Assembly (NCBI GenBank): GCA_963751205.1
Contig: CAVVTI010000001.1
Coordinates: 2,055,233 to 2,119,232 of the forward strand
Length of the DNA stretch: 64,000 nucleotides
From: an uncultured Cytophagales bacterium
GTDB lineage: Bacteria; Bacteroidota; Bacteroidia; Cytophagales; Hymenobacteraceae
Direction of reading: 5' to 3'
Numbering within the stretch: position 1 is the stretch's first letter; every line of letters starts with the position of its first letter. Position numbers and translations under genes: made by a program. The notes below the pieces were generated by a model, which saw only the letters and a list, made by a program, of their open reading frames with translations, did no database searches and was not told the origin of the DNA. Shown here in pieces: positions 49,484 through 60,084 of the stretch.

Positions 49484-52400
49484 ATGCAAGTATCGAAATT
49501 AGAAATTAAAGGATTTAAGAGCTTCGGCGATAAAGTAACCTTAAACTTCAACGACGGGATTACCGGAATTGTGGGTCCTAATGGTTGCGGTAAATCCAAC
49601 ATTGTGGACGCGATCCGGTGGGTTTTGGGTGAACAGAAAACCCGGAATTTGCGCTCCGATAAAATGGAGAACGTGATCTTTAACGGCTCCAAAAACCGCA
49701 AACCGGTCCAAATGGCGGAGGTGTCCCTCACCTTCGACAACGACAAAGGCATTCTGCCAAGCGAATATTCGCAGGTTACGGTTACGCGCCGCTACCACCG
49801 CTCCGGCGATACCGAATATATGCTCAACGGCGTTACCTGCCGCCTCAAAGACATCAACGAACTTTTCCTGGACACCGGTATCGGTTCCGATTCGTACGCC
49901 ATCATCGAGCTGAAAATGGTGGATGAGATCCTGAACGACAAGGAAAATTCGCGCCGTACGTTGTTCGAAGAAGCAGCTGGTATTTCCAAGTTCAAGGTCC
50001 GGAAAAAGCAGACATTAAAGAAGCTGGAAGAAACCGATGCCGATCTGGAACGCGTGGAAGACGTGTTGTTCGAGATTTCTAAAAACCTGAAAAGCTTAGA
50101 GCGTCAGGCGAAGATCAGCGACAAATATTTCAAGCTGAAAGAGGATTACAAGAAATACAGCCTGGAATATGCCCGTCGCTCGATGGAGCAGCACCAGAGC
50201 ACGTTGGAGCGGTTGGAGAAAGAACTGGAAAAGGAAAGCACGCAGAAAACTGATATCTCGGAGCTCCTGAACCAGACCGAAGACCAGTTACAACAACTCA
50301 AAAACCAGCTCGACGAAACGCAGCAAAACCTGAGCGCGAGCCAGAAAAACATCAACGACCAGACGTATAGAATTCGTCAGCTGGAAGCCGATATTAAGCT
50401 GAAAAGCGAACGTTGCGGCTACCTGAAAGAACGCGTTTTGAACTTGCAGCAGCAACTGGCGCAGGACAAAGTAAATCTGACCCAGACGCAAAGCTCCATC
50501 GAACAACTGGAAGGCGAAGTGGAAGCGGTAAAGGAAAATTTCCTGGCGGCAGAAGAGCAAACGCAGGAAAAGCGGGTGCATATTAACGAAGCTACGGCTT
50601 ACAAAACCACGTTGCAGAACCAGTTCCAGGAGGTTTCGGCTCGTTATAAAACCAAGCAGCAAACCGTTTTCAACCTGAACAAGGACCTGGAAATTGCGCA
50701 GGTGCAGATCGTGAATTTGCAGACTGAGATCGAAAAACTGGAGCAGCTTTCGGGTTCGGAAGAAGACGTGGCGCGCCAGTTCGAAGAGAATCTGGCTGAT
50801 TTGCAATTCGAGCTATCTGAGAAAAATGCGGAGCTGGAAAAATTCATGGCCGAGCAGGAACAGATCCGCACCGACATCAACAACCTGGAGATCGAAATTC
50901 AGACCGAGAAAACGGAACTGGCGGAACTTAGCCGTAAAGCCGACTCGAAAAATAACCAATTCAAGCTTACCAAATCGCTAGTCGATAACCTGGAAGGTTT
51001 CCCGGATGCCATTAAATTCCTGGTGAAATCGAAGGACTGGGACAATCCGGCGCCGCTCCTCTCCGACCTTATTTTGGTTCAGCAGGAATATAAATCGCTG
51101 ATTGAGAGCTTTTTGGAGCCTTATATGAACTTCTTCGTGGTAGATACGCCGGAAGATGCGCTGCAGGCCATTCAGCTGTTGAACAACCAGAATAAAGGTC
51201 GCGCCAACTTTATCATCCTGAGCGAAATTGCCGATATGGAGCTGGAACCGACGGTTTCGGAAGGCAAACTGGTGGCGGCTTACGAAGTGGTTTCGGCGGA
51301 CCTGAAATACGACGAACTGCTGCGTTATATGCTCAACGAGGTTTTCATCAGCAACGAAAGCGACGCGAGTTTCTTTTCCGGCGATGGCAGAACGTACATT
51401 CTGAACGACGGCTCGATCATTAAAAAACCGCTTTCCGTTTCCGGTGGTTCGGTGGGCTTGTTCGATGGCAACCGGATTGGCCGGGCGCAGAATTTGGAAA
51501 AACTTGCCGAAGAATTAACCGAACTGCAGCAAAAAACCGAACTTCAGAAAAGCCTGGTGAACACCAAGCAACTCGTTTTGCAAAACCTGAAAGCTGCCCT
51601 GGCGCCGCAAACGGTACGCGAAATGGAGAAAAAAGTAGCCGAAATGCAGCAGGAACTAATGGGTGTGCGCATCCGGCAGGAACAGTATTTGTTGAACCGC
51701 AAAAACCAGCTGGCGCAGAAAGATGAAATGCAGGAACGCCTGAATGACCTGCGCTACCGGTTCCAGGAAATGCGTCCGGAAGCCGAAGCGGGCAAGGAAG
51801 AACTGGAATTGCTGGAAGAAAATATCGGGAATTTAACTGACCAGATCAACAAGCAGAACGAAGTGATCGGGAACCTGAACGCCGTTTTCAACCAGGAAAA
51901 TATTACGTACCACCAGCTGAAAAACCGCCTGAGCAGTTTGCAGCAGGAAATTATTTACAAGCAGAAAAACCTCGAGAACAGCACGCTACGCATACAGACC
52001 CAGCAGGAAGAACTGGAACGCGCCGAAATTGAAATAGAGAATTCGGAAATTTTCGTGGAAGAAAATTCTGATGCGTTGATTGGTTTAATGGCGGAAAAAG
52101 ATGCAGCTGCCAAGCAACAGGAAGAAGTTGAAAAACAATACTTTACTCTGCGCGGCGAAATTGATCTGAAGGAAAAACAACTGCGGGAAATGCAGCGCAA
52201 CCAGCAGCTCGGCAATGACCTGATGATGCAGATGCAGAACACCATCAACGAAACCAAACTAAAACTGGTAGCGGTGCTGGAACGCCTTTCTGCGGAATTC
52301 AATTTAACGCCGGAAGACCTGCAAAACTCCGTGGAGCCGCTGGAAATTGAGACCGAAGAACTGAGCAAGAACATTCAGACGGTGAAGCAGCAGCTTGATA

Positions 52401-53008
52401 ATATTGGTCCGGTAAACCCGATGGCGGCTGAAGCTTACCAGGAAATCGACGAACGCAACAACTTCATCCGGACCCAGCGTCAAGACTTGCTGAACGCGAA
52501 GGAAATTCTGGTGAAAACCATTGAGGAGATCGATACGGTGGCGAAGGATAAATTTATGACCTCGTTCCTGGAGATCAAGGAGAACTTTAACCGCGTGTTC
52601 CGCAGCCTGTTCTCCGAAGACGACAGCTGCGACCTGGTGTTAGTAGATCCGAGCAACCCGACGGAATCGAAGATCGAAATTATGGCGCGCCCGAAAGGCA
52701 AACGTCCCCTCACGATCAACCAACTTTCCGGCGGCGAAAAAACCTTAACGGCTATTTCCCTGCTGTTTGCCATTTACCTTCTCAAGCCGGCGCCGTTCTG
52801 TATCTTCGACGAAGTAGATGCCCCGCTCGACGACGCCAACATCGACAAGTTCAACAACATCATCCGGAAATTCTCCGACAGCTCCCAGTTCATCGTGGTA
52901 ACCCACAACAAACGCACGATGGCTTCTACGGATGTGATGTACGGGGTGACAATGAAGGAACCTGGGGTGAGTAGTTTGATTCCGGTGGATTTAAGGCAGT
53001 TGGCTTAG
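49484..53008 (+). CDS. smc: chromosome segregation protein SMC
   Basis: GFKSF, GPNGCGKSN, coiled coils, hinge, LSGGE, DEVDAPLD, VTHN. Confidence 0.97.
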   Translation: MQVSKLEIKGFKSFGDKVTLNFNDGITGIVGPNGCGKSNIVDAIRWVLGEQKTRNLRSDKMENVIFNGSKNRKPVQMAEVSLTFDNDKGILPSEYSQVTVTRRYHRSGDTEYMLNGVTCRLKDINELFLDTGIGSDSYAIIELKMVDEILNDKENSRRTLFEEAAGISKFKVRKKQTLKKLEETDADLERVEDVLFEISKNLKSLERQAKISDKYFKLKEDYKKYSLEYARRSMEQHQSTLERLEKELEKESTQKTDISELLNQTEDQLQQLKNQLDETQQNLSASQKNINDQTYRIRQLEADIKLKSERCGYLKERVLNLQQQLAQDKVNLTQTQSSIEQLEGEVEAVKENFLAAEEQTQEKRVHINEATAYKTTLQNQFQEVSARYKTKQQTVFNLNKDLEIAQVQIVNLQTEIEKLEQLSGSEEDVARQFEENLADLQFELSEKNAELEKFMAEQEQIRTDINNLEIEIQTEKTELAELSRKADSKNNQFKLTKSLVDNLEGFPDAIKFLVKSKDWDNPAPLLSDLILVQQEYKSLIESFLEPYMNFFVVDTPEDALQAIQLLNNQNKGRANFIILSEIADMELEPTVSEGKLVAAYEVVSADLKYDELLRYMLNEVFISNESDASFFSGDGRTYILNDGSIIKKPLSVSGGSVGLFDGNRIGRAQNLEKLAEELTELQQKTELQKSLVNTKQLVLQNLKAALAPQTVREMEKKVAEMQQELMGVRIRQEQYLLNRKNQLAQKDEMQERLNDLRYRFQEMRPEAEAGKEELELLEENIGNLTDQINKQNEVIGNLNAVFNQENITYHQLKNRLSSLQQEIIYKQKNLENSTLRIQTQQEELERAEIEIENSEIFVEENSDALIGLMAEKDAAAKQQEEVEKQYFTLRGEIDLKEKQLREMQRNQQLGNDLMMQMQNTINETKLKLVAVLERLSAEFNLTPEDLQNSVEPLEIETEELSKNIQTVKQQLDNIGPVNPMAAEAYQEIDERNNFIRTQRQDLLNAKEILVKTIEEIDTVAKDKFMTSFLEIKENFNRVFRSLFSEDDSCDLVLVDPSNPTESKIEIMARPKGKRPLTINQLSGGEKTLTAISLLFAIYLLKPAPFCIFDEVDAPLDDANIDKFNNIIRKFSDSSQFIVVTHNKRTMASTDVMYGVTMKEPGVSSLIPVDLRQLA

Positions 53009-53039
53009 GTGGAAATGGTTTTGGGTTTTCGGCTGAAAT

Positions 53040-53091
53040 GATAGTACAATAAAAAAGGAGCATTTTGGTGCTCCTTTTTTATTGTACTATC
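53040..53091. terminator. terminator with perfect 23-bp stem
   Basis: gatagtacaataaaaaaggagca-ttttgg-tgctccttttttattgtactatc. Confidence 0.8.
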
Positions 53092-53184
53092 TTTAATTTT
53101 TCTTAACTAAAAATAGTTTACATCAAGAGTATTAAAAACTTAAATTAAATAAACTGGTTAATTTAAAGCTTTAATAAAACGTTT

Positions 53185-54864
53185 ATGGAATCCAAATTAA
53201 GAAAAAGGGAATTAAAGGAACAGCAAGTAAACCTAAGAGATTTCCTATTACAAAAATTAGGTTTCACAAAAAATGAGCTTAAAGATAAATATGCTATCCT
53301 TTTAACTCAATTTTATTTGGATAAAGATTTCACAAAGGAATTCACTTATAAAGATAAAATAACTGAAAAAGAAGTCACAGTTCCTGTTCATTACAATGTA
53401 ATCGATGCCCTTTTTGATGAGGTTAAATTTAGGGAGGAAAAGAAATGGTTACTTAAAAATAATCACTTTGCTTCAAAAGCTATTTCCGCTACAGAATTAT
53501 CAGCTTTTGATTTTTGTCCTGCAAGTTTCAGTATTTTTAACACTTTTGAGACTGACACTACTAAGGCAATGGAAATTGGAACTGAACAGCACGAAGAATC
53601 TATTTTATCTGCTTTTAAGAAGGACTATTATAAAAATTTTACTGAAAGTTCAAAACAGGTCATTGGTTCAACCGAACAACCAGAATATATAAATGAAGAA
53701 AACAATTATTTATTTGAAGATATTCAAAACTCAACCTTAGTTTTTTCTGGACATAAAGAAAATAGTAATCAGCTATTTTTTAACAATAAAAAAGATTTTG
53801 TAGGGCAACCGGATTATATATTTAAAAATAATAAAGGCGATAACTTTATAGTTGAGGAAAAATTTAAACAAAATGACAATATAACTTCATCTTTGTTTTC
53901 AAATCATAAAGTTCAATTAATTTCTTACTTATATGGTCTTGAAGAAATTGATGCTAAGTATGGTTATTTAGTTTATTGGTATTACTGTTATGAAAATTAC
54001 AGTATAAAAATACAGAGGTGCAAAGTTTTTAAGGTTACAAAATCTGAAACTGCTAAAGAATACCTAGTAGAAATATTTGATAAGACAAATGTCCTTAAAT
54101 CAGGCAAAAAGATTGTATTTGATGTAAGTAAGCTTTCTCCCAATAAATGCGTCAATTGTTCCTTTAATAAATGGTGTGGTCACAAAACTGGGTTATTTAA
54201 AGAGTTATATTTTCCTTATCAGAATAGATACCTAAACACATATGTCACTAAATACAATGTAGAAAATAGTGCTTCCCAAATTTATAAACCTATTTTAAAA
54301 ATCAACAATATACTCGAACTGGAGGTTGAAGCAAATTGGAAATGTTTAGAACATAGCGGATTAGACGAAATAAATTTTTTAAAAAAATTAAATAAAGATG
54401 AAAGCTTCGATTTAGAAATCAAATTAAGTCTGATAGATCAATCAACTTGTAGAAAGGATTCTTTAATTGAAGATACAAATAAATTAAAAACAAATAGTGA
54501 TGAAATATCAACCGAATTAACTAAAGTAACTTTAGAAACATTTCTAAAAGCGGAAGGTCTTTCATCATACGAAAAGAAAATAAAGATATCATTCGATGGT
54601 GTCCCTTATATAAGCTTCTTTAATATTGGAATAGAAAAAGATGAAAATTGTATAGATAATTCCAAAGTTTTAAATTTACACTTTACAAGTTATGCATCTA
54701 ACCGATTAACTGAACTTGGATATGTAGCTGGTCATAATTCAGAAAAAAAAGAGATAGATTTATCAAAAATAGAAGAATCTTTTTTTACAGAATTTAAAGT
54801 CGCATTAGCTTTTAAACCATCAACAGGAGAATTAGTTTGGATGATTTCTCATTGCCAAGAGTAA
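53185..54864 (+). CDS. solo Cas4-like PD-(D/E)XK nuclease with 4-Cys Fe-S motif and N-/C-terminal extensions; AT-rich
   Basis: ISATELSAFDFCP, GTEQH, GQPDY, VEEK, QLISY, KCVNCSFNKWC. Confidence 0.8.
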   Translation: MESKLRKRELKEQQVNLRDFLLQKLGFTKNELKDKYAILLTQFYLDKDFTKEFTYKDKITEKEVTVPVHYNVIDALFDEVKFREEKKWLLKNNHFASKAISATELSAFDFCPASFSIFNTFETDTTKAMEIGTEQHEESILSAFKKDYYKNFTESSKQVIGSTEQPEYINEENNYLFEDIQNSTLVFSGHKENSNQLFFNNKKDFVGQPDYIFKNNKGDNFIVEEKFKQNDNITSSLFSNHKVQLISYLYGLEEIDAKYGYLVYWYYCYENYSIKIQRCKVFKVTKSETAKEYLVEIFDKTNVLKSGKKIVFDVSKLSPNKCVNCSFNKWCGHKTGLFKELYFPYQNRYLNTYVTKYNVENSASQIYKPILKINNILELEVEANWKCLEHSGLDEINFLKKLNKDESFDLEIKLSLIDQSTCRKDSLIEDTNKLKTNSDEISTELTKVTLETFLKAEGLSSYEKKIKISFDGVPYISFFNIGIEKDENCIDNSKVLNLHFTSYASNRLTELGYVAGHNSEKKEIDLSKIEESFFTEFKVALAFKPSTGELVWMISHCQE

Positions 54865-54957
54865 TTTTTAATTCTTTACCCAAATTATTGATTGCCTATT
54901 TGGAAGAATGCTAAGACCAAGAATAAATCTAAAACGCTATACCGTCCACCCCAAAAA

Positions 54958-55506
54958 CTACCGCACCCCATTCTCCGGATACTTCGCCGTAACCGTCCGG
55001 TAGAAATCTTTGATCTTTTCAATATCGCCATCTACATCCCCGGTCGGGTAAAATAAGGGGCCAACACCGGCTTCTTTTTTCTTGTAATCCAAGTAGCCTA
55101 AAGCAATGGGAACGCCGGCGCCGTAAGCCGCGTGGTAGAAACCTTTGCGCCAGCGCGGTTGGTATTTGCGGGTACCTTCAGGCGTTACTAAAATTACCAG
55201 TTGTTCGCGTTCGTTAAACAGATCGATCATGGCATTTACCAGGCTGTTGTTCTTTTTACGGTTTACCGGTAAAGCGCCCATTTTATCTAAAAGCCAACCT
55301 AAAGGGCCAACCATCGCTTCGGCTTTTATGGTAAATTTAACGGGCAGTTCCATTAAATAAAAAGCACCGCGGGCGAAGATAAAATCCCAGTTGCTGGTAT
55401 GCGGCGCGGCCACCATAATGCATTTTTTTACATCGGGTGGTACATTGCCAACCTGTTTCCAGCCGGCTATCTTAAATATTACTTTCGCTAAAAACTTTCC
55501 GAACAT
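54958..55506 (-). CDS. 1-acyl-sn-glycerol-3-phosphate acyltransferase family
   Basis: APHTSNWD (HX4D), PVNR, TPEGTR, GFY. Confidence 0.88.
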   Translation of the reverse strand: MFGKFLAKVIFKIAGWKQVGNVPPDVKKCIMVAAPHTSNWDFIFARGAFYLMELPVKFTIKAEAMVGPLGWLLDKMGALPVNRKKNNSLVNAMIDLFNEREQLVILVTPEGTRKYQPRWRKGFYHAAYGAGVPIALGYLDYKKKEAGVGPLFYPTGDVDGDIEKIKDFYRTVTAKYPENGVR

Positions 55507-55553
55507 TATCTCTAATTAAAACTCTAAGTTATGAAATAATGGAAGAGCTAAAC

Positions 55554-55589
55554 ATAAAAAAAGTCAGGCTTACCTGCCTGACTTTTTAT
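55554..55589 (-). terminator. intrinsic terminator
   Basis: aaaaagtcaggc-ttacct-gcctgacttttt. Confidence 0.75.
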
Positions 55590-55605
55590 TGGATCCATTA
55601 ATTCG

Positions 55606-56235
55606 CTATTTCGTTGGTAAAACCCGCGTGGGCGACCATATATAGGCCTGAATACCAATGCTTAACACAGGCCCGAACTGGTGGTCTTTTGAGATTTTGT
55701 TATTCACGTTAATCTGATTTTGCCGGTAATCGATGCTTAATAAAGGTTCTATTGCAACCTGGTCGCTTAAAAAGTAAGCATAACCAATTCCTAATGCGCC
55801 ACTCTTGATATCAGATTTAATTCCGCCTTTTACGGTATGCACCCCGGCATTTAAATTAAGTTCGGTAAAAAGGCCGCTGTTAAAATAATACCGCACAAAT
55901 GGACCGGCTAAAAGATCAGTAGTTCTGCCGCCAAATTGGGTTGACTGGATAGAATCAGATATATTCAGGTTAGTATATTCTACAAAAGCATTCAAACCAA
56001 TGGCTATATCGGGCCAGAAAAAATACCCAGATTTTGTAGTAAAGCGCGCCGTTATAAGGTCACCTTTTTGGTTGTTAGAGGCTTTGGAATATTTTTGATA
56101 AGAGCCTGTTAGGTTTCCACCCAGCATCACGGTGCCGTCTTTGATCTTGGCATTTATTAGAGAACTTCTGTTTTCCTGAGCAACTGAAGCCATGCTTAAA
56201 ACCATGAAGCAAGCCAGAATAAGTAGTCTGTGCAT
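55606..56235 (-). CDS. outer-membrane beta-barrel protein
   Basis: signal peptide, GPFVRYYF, GIGYAYFL..VAIEP. Confidence 0.8.
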   Translation of the reverse strand: MHRLLILACFMVLSMASVAQENRSSLINAKIKDGTVMLGGNLTGSYQKYSKASNNQKGDLITARFTTKSGYFFWPDIAIGLNAFVEYTNLNISDSIQSTQFGGRTTDLLAGPFVRYYFNSGLFTELNLNAGVHTVKGGIKSDIKSGALGIGYAYFLSDQVAIEPLLSIDYRQNQINVNNKISKDHQFGPVLSIGIQAYIWSPTRVLPTK

Positions 56236-56494
56236 AAAATTAGGTTGAGAGAATTTAAGATTAATTTTTCTCCTTATACGGAAGTATCAGATTAGGGGTG
56301 AATTTCTATCTAGATTTTCCTATATATAACTAATTTTTCTGCACTATATTTCTATAAAATGAAATATTCCGCTTAAAATGGTATTTATTGCAGCCCTAAA
56401 AACAATAAAAGGGCTTTTTTTCAGGTGAGTGAAGGACCTTAAAAAAAGGATATTTAATTCTTTAATCCTGTCTAAATCGACAACTGATTAAAAT

Positions 56495-56530
56495 AAAAAA
56501 AAGCCCGGATCACTTAATACCCGGGCTTTT
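56495..56530 (-). terminator. terminator after hutU
   Basis: aaaagcccgg...ccgggctttt. Confidence 0.7.
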
Positions 56531-56549
56531 AATTCTTAAACCGTTTAAA

Positions 56550-58223
56550 TTATTTCAATCGCTCTTTAATATTTAACCGGTGCTGTCGCGCCGTATCGGC
56601 AGCTATGTCGTAGCCGGCATCCAGGTGACGAAGGACCCCCATTGCGGGGTCGTTATGCAATACCCTTTTCAACCGTACCTCGGCGGCATTGGTACCATCG
56701 GCCACAATTACCATTCCGGCGTGAATGGAATATCCAATTCCAACCCCGCCGCCATGGTGCAGAGAAACCCAGCTGGCCCCACCTGCCGTGTTGATCATGG
56801 CATTAAGCACCGGCCAGTCTGCTATCGCATCCGACCCGTCTTTCATAGCTTCTGTTTCACGGTTGGGCGAAGCTACCGATCCGGTATCCAGATGATCGCG
56901 GCCTATTACTATCGGAGCTTTTACTTTTCCTTCGCGCACCAGTTTGTTGAATGCCAGGCCGGCAATTTCGCGTTCCCCCTGCCCTAACCAGCAAATTCGG
57001 GCCGGCAAACCCTGGAAAGCTATCCGCTCCTGGGCCATATTTATCCAGCGGGCTAAGGCTTTGTTTTCCGGGAAAAGATCCAGCAATACTTTATCGGTGG
57101 TTAAAATATCCTCCGGATCGCCGCTTAAAGCAACCCACCGGAAAGGACCTTTACCTTCGCAGAATAAAGGCCGGATGTAGGCCGGCACAAAGCCCGGAAA
57201 ATCGAAGGCATTAGTTACGCCCCGAAGGTCGTGGGCCTGGCCTCTTAAGTTATTTCCGTAATCGAAGGTAACCGCGCCGCGCTTTTGTAGTTCCAGCATT
57301 TGCTTAACGTGGCGGGCCATCGTATCCAAAGACCTTTCAACATACTGGTCCGGGTTCTGGGAGCGCAGCACGTTGGCTTCTTCCACGGTCATATTTTCCG
57401 GGAAATAACCTACCAGCGCATCGTGGGCCGAAGTCTGGTCCGTTAAAGAATCCGGGGTTATATTTTTATCGATCAAAGCCTGCAAAAGGTCAACCGCATT
57501 ACAAACAACTCCTATAGAAATACCTTCCCCTTTTTCTTTGGCTTCCAGCGCCCAGGCAATGCCTTCTTCAATAGAGTTGGTCATTTTATCCAGATAGCGG
57601 GTTTCCAGCCTTTTGCGGATCCGCCATTCTTCCATTTCGGCAGCCAGGCAAACCCCTTCGTTCATGGTTATGGCCAACGGTTGTGCGCCGCCCATTCCGC
57701 CCAGACCAGCCGTTACGTTCAGGGTGCCTTTTAAAGTATTGTTGAAATGCTGCCGGGCTACTTCGGCGTAGGTTTCGTAAGTTCCCTGCACAATTCCCTG
57801 CGAACCTATATAGATCCAGCTCCCGGCCGTCATTTGGCCATACATAGTCAAACCTTTGGCTTCAAGTTCCCGGAAATTCTTCCAGTTAGCCCAATGCGGT
57901 ACCAGCATGGAATTAGAGATCAGCACGCGGGGAGCGTCCGGGTGCGTTGGTAAAATCCCTACCGGTTTTCCGCTCTGGATCAACAGCGTTTCATCTTCTT
58001 CCAGATCTTTCAGCGCCTTCACGATCAGGTCAAAAGCCTCCCAATTACGGGCAGCCTTACCAGTACCGCCATAAACCACCAGGTCCTCCGGACGTTCGGC
58101 AACATCCGGGTCCAGGTTGTTGTAAAGCATCCGAAGCGCCGCCTCCTGTATCCAGCCTTTGGTATTTAGTTGAGATCCGGTAGGCGTCTTGCCCATTTTT
58201 GAAATATCTGTGATCGTTGCCAT
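56550..58223 (-). CDS. hutU: urocanate hydratase
   Basis: [45 protein letters not shown]. Confidence 0.97.
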   Translation of the reverse strand: MATITDISKMGKTPTGSQLNTKGWIQEAALRMLYNNLDPDVAERPEDLVVYGGTGKAARNWEAFDLIVKALKDLEEDETLLIQSGKPVGILPTHPDAPRVLISNSMLVPHWANWKNFRELEAKGLTMYGQMTAGSWIYIGSQGIVQGTYETYAEVARQHFNNTLKGTLNVTAGLGGMGGAQPLAITMNEGVCLAAEMEEWRIRKRLETRYLDKMTNSIEEGIAWALEAKEKGEGISIGVVCNAVDLLQALIDKNITPDSLTDQTSAHDALVGYFPENMTVEEANVLRSQNPDQYVERSLDTMARHVKQMLELQKRGAVTFDYGNNLRGQAHDLRGVTNAFDFPGFVPAYIRPLFCEGKGPFRWVALSGDPEDILTTDKVLLDLFPENKALARWINMAQERIAFQGLPARICWLGQGEREIAGLAFNKLVREGKVKAPIVIGRDHLDTGSVASPNRETEAMKDGSDAIADWPVLNAMINTAGGASWVSLHHGGGVGIGYSIHAGMVIVADGTNAAEVRLKRVLHNDPAMGVLRHLDAGYDIAADTARQHRLNIKERLK

Positions 58224-58342
58224 AAAATATAAATCAAATAAACGGTAGGTAAATCAAAGTTAAAAATGCCTGATAAATTACAAAAAGGAGGGTCCGAATC
58301 CTCAATAAATTTTCAGTTCTGGTTGGGTTTTAAATTAATCAA

Positions 58343-59116
58343 TCATTTTACCCGAACCAATTCCAGTTTTTCGGCCAGGCTTAGGGTGTATTCGTACCCT
58401 ACCTGGAAAAACTCTTCGGCCCGGGAAAAGGCCAGTAAACCAAAATAACGCAAAGCGGGCGGCTCTATTAGCAGGTCGCAGAATTTAAAACGGGCCTGCA
58501 CGTTATTGTTAATAGCCAATTGAAACGTACGCTCCAAAATGGTTTTAAAAGTAGTAACCTTAGCCTCATAATTAACCGGGTTACAATGCGAACCGATAAT
58601 AAAATCGCACCGGTCCGTAAGGCACTCCACGGGCAGATTGTTAAGTAAGCCACCATCCAGTAAAACATGATTCTGGTATTCAACCGGTCTATAAACCAAA
58701 GGTACCGAACAAGCTGCTATTAAGGGTTTTATAATTCTTCCGGACGTAAAATAAACTACGGTTCCCTGGTTAATATCGGTAGTTGTGACGATCAGTTCGG
58801 TTTTCAGATCTTCAAAATTCAGGTCGCCTAAATACTTTATTATCGTCTTTTCAACTTCCTCCAGGTTCATTAAACCATGCCAGCTGAATGCCGGCCGCAG
58901 CATCCGGAGCACATTTACTTTTTTAAGGAGCTCCAACACTTCTTTCGGCTGAAAACCAGCTGCATAAAAGGCGCCTACTATTGCCCCAGAACTGGTACCG
59001 GAAATAACTTTAATTGGAATGTTTAACTCCTGCAAGGCTTGTAAAACCCCTAAGTGCGCAATACCCCGGGCAGCACCGCCGGAAAACGAAATTCCAACCG
59101 TTGGCTGTGCCTGCAT
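58343..59116 (-). CDS. patatin-like phospholipase
   Basis: SGGAARG, GTSSG (GxSxG), DGG. Confidence 0.92.
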   Translation of the reverse strand: MQAQPTVGISFSGGAARGIAHLGVLQALQELNIPIKVISGTSSGAIVGAFYAAGFQPKEVLELLKKVNVLRMLRPAFSWHGLMNLEEVEKTIIKYLGDLNFEDLKTELIVTTTDINQGTVVYFTSGRIIKPLIAACSVPLVYRPVEYQNHVLLDGGLLNNLPVECLTDRCDFIIGSHCNPVNYEAKVTTFKTILERTFQLAINNNVQARFKFCDLLIEPPALRYFGLLAFSRAEEFFQVGYEYTLSLAEKLELVRVK

Positions 59117-59955
59117 TATAGGTCGGCTAGCTTAAAGGTTTGGTCCTGGCGCACTCCTTTTTCAGTTTGTACCACGGTACAGCATTCATTTACCGGATCA
59201 TGTTCAAAATAAAGCACATAATTTTCGGCAGCTGCCTTTTTCAGAAATGTTTCTTTTTCAGTTAAGGTTAATAAAGGGCGGGTGTCGTAACCCATCACGT
59301 AAGGAAGTGGCAAATGACCAACCGATGGTATCAGGTCCGCCATAAAAACAACTTTCCGGCCCTTGTAATTTATTACGGGAAGCATCATTTTATCGGTATG
59401 GCCATCCATGTACAGGATTTCGAAATCCGGGAAGGCGTTGGTATTTTCCGGGTCTATGAATTTAAGGTTGCCGCTTTCCTGCATGGGCATAATATTTTCT
59501 TTCAGGAAGCTGGCTTTTTCCCGGGCATTTGGTACCGTTGCCCATTCCCAATGATCCTGGTTGCTCCAATAAGTGGCGTTCGGAAAGGTAAGGGCCAGGC
59601 CGCCGGCTTGGTTATACTCCACCCCGCCTCCGCAATGGTCAAAGTGCAGGTGCGTAAGGAAAACATCTGTGATATCGGTGGGAGAAAAACCGGCATTTTT
59701 AAGCGAACCCTTTAACGAAGCATCGCCATGGAGGTAGTAATAGCTGAAAAATTTCGCATCCTGTTTATCCCCCAAACCATTATCGATTAGAATTAACCGG
59801 TTGCCATCTTCCACCAGTAAACACCGCATGGCCCAGGTACAAAGGTTATTTTCGTCGGCAGGATTGGTGCGTTGCCACAACGATTTTGGCACCACCCCAA
59901 ACATTGCCCCGCCATCAAGCTTAAAAAAACCGGTATCTATTACGTGCAGGTTCAT
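59116..59955 (-). CDS. MBL-fold metallo-hydrolase (YtnP-like)
   Basis: LDGGAMFGVVP, THLHFDHCGG, GHT, HDP. Confidence 0.92.
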   Translation of the reverse strand: MNLHVIDTGFFKLDGGAMFGVVPKSLWQRTNPADENNLCTWAMRCLLVEDGNRLILIDNGLGDKQDAKFFSYYYLHGDASLKGSLKNAGFSPTDITDVFLTHLHFDHCGGGVEYNQAGGLALTFPNATYWSNQDHWEWATVPNAREKASFLKENIMPMQESGNLKFIDPENTNAFPDFEILYMDGHTDKMMLPVINYKGRKVVFMADLIPSVGHLPLPYVMGYDTRPLLTLTEKETFLKKAAAENYVLYFEHDPVNECCTVVQTEKGVRQDQTFKLADL

Positions 59956-59958
59956 ATT

Positions 59959-60000
59959 TGCGATTGTTCGATTGTTCGATATTCGAAGGTTCGACTTTTT
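59959..60000. repeat. solo TTCGATTG-type tandem arm, same family as 7383-7555
   Basis: tgcgattg ttcgattg ttcgata ttcgaagg ttcgacttttt; same 8-8-7-8 register. Confidence 0.75.
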
Positions 60001-60084
60001 TAGCGGAAAAGGATACCGTTTTAAGTTTTAGTTTCCTTTATGCTTAAATCAAAACATTTTTCTGAACTCCCTTTGAGGAAAAAA

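Noticed and set aside
49053-49484. parS site or riboswitch upstream of smc
   Set aside because: No TGTTTCACGTGAAACA-like site or recognisable riboswitch consensus; hairpins fit REP-like families better.
53009-54957. CRISPR-Cas locus around the Cas4-like gene
   Set aside because: No repeat-spacer array and no cas1, cas2 or effector gene in the window.
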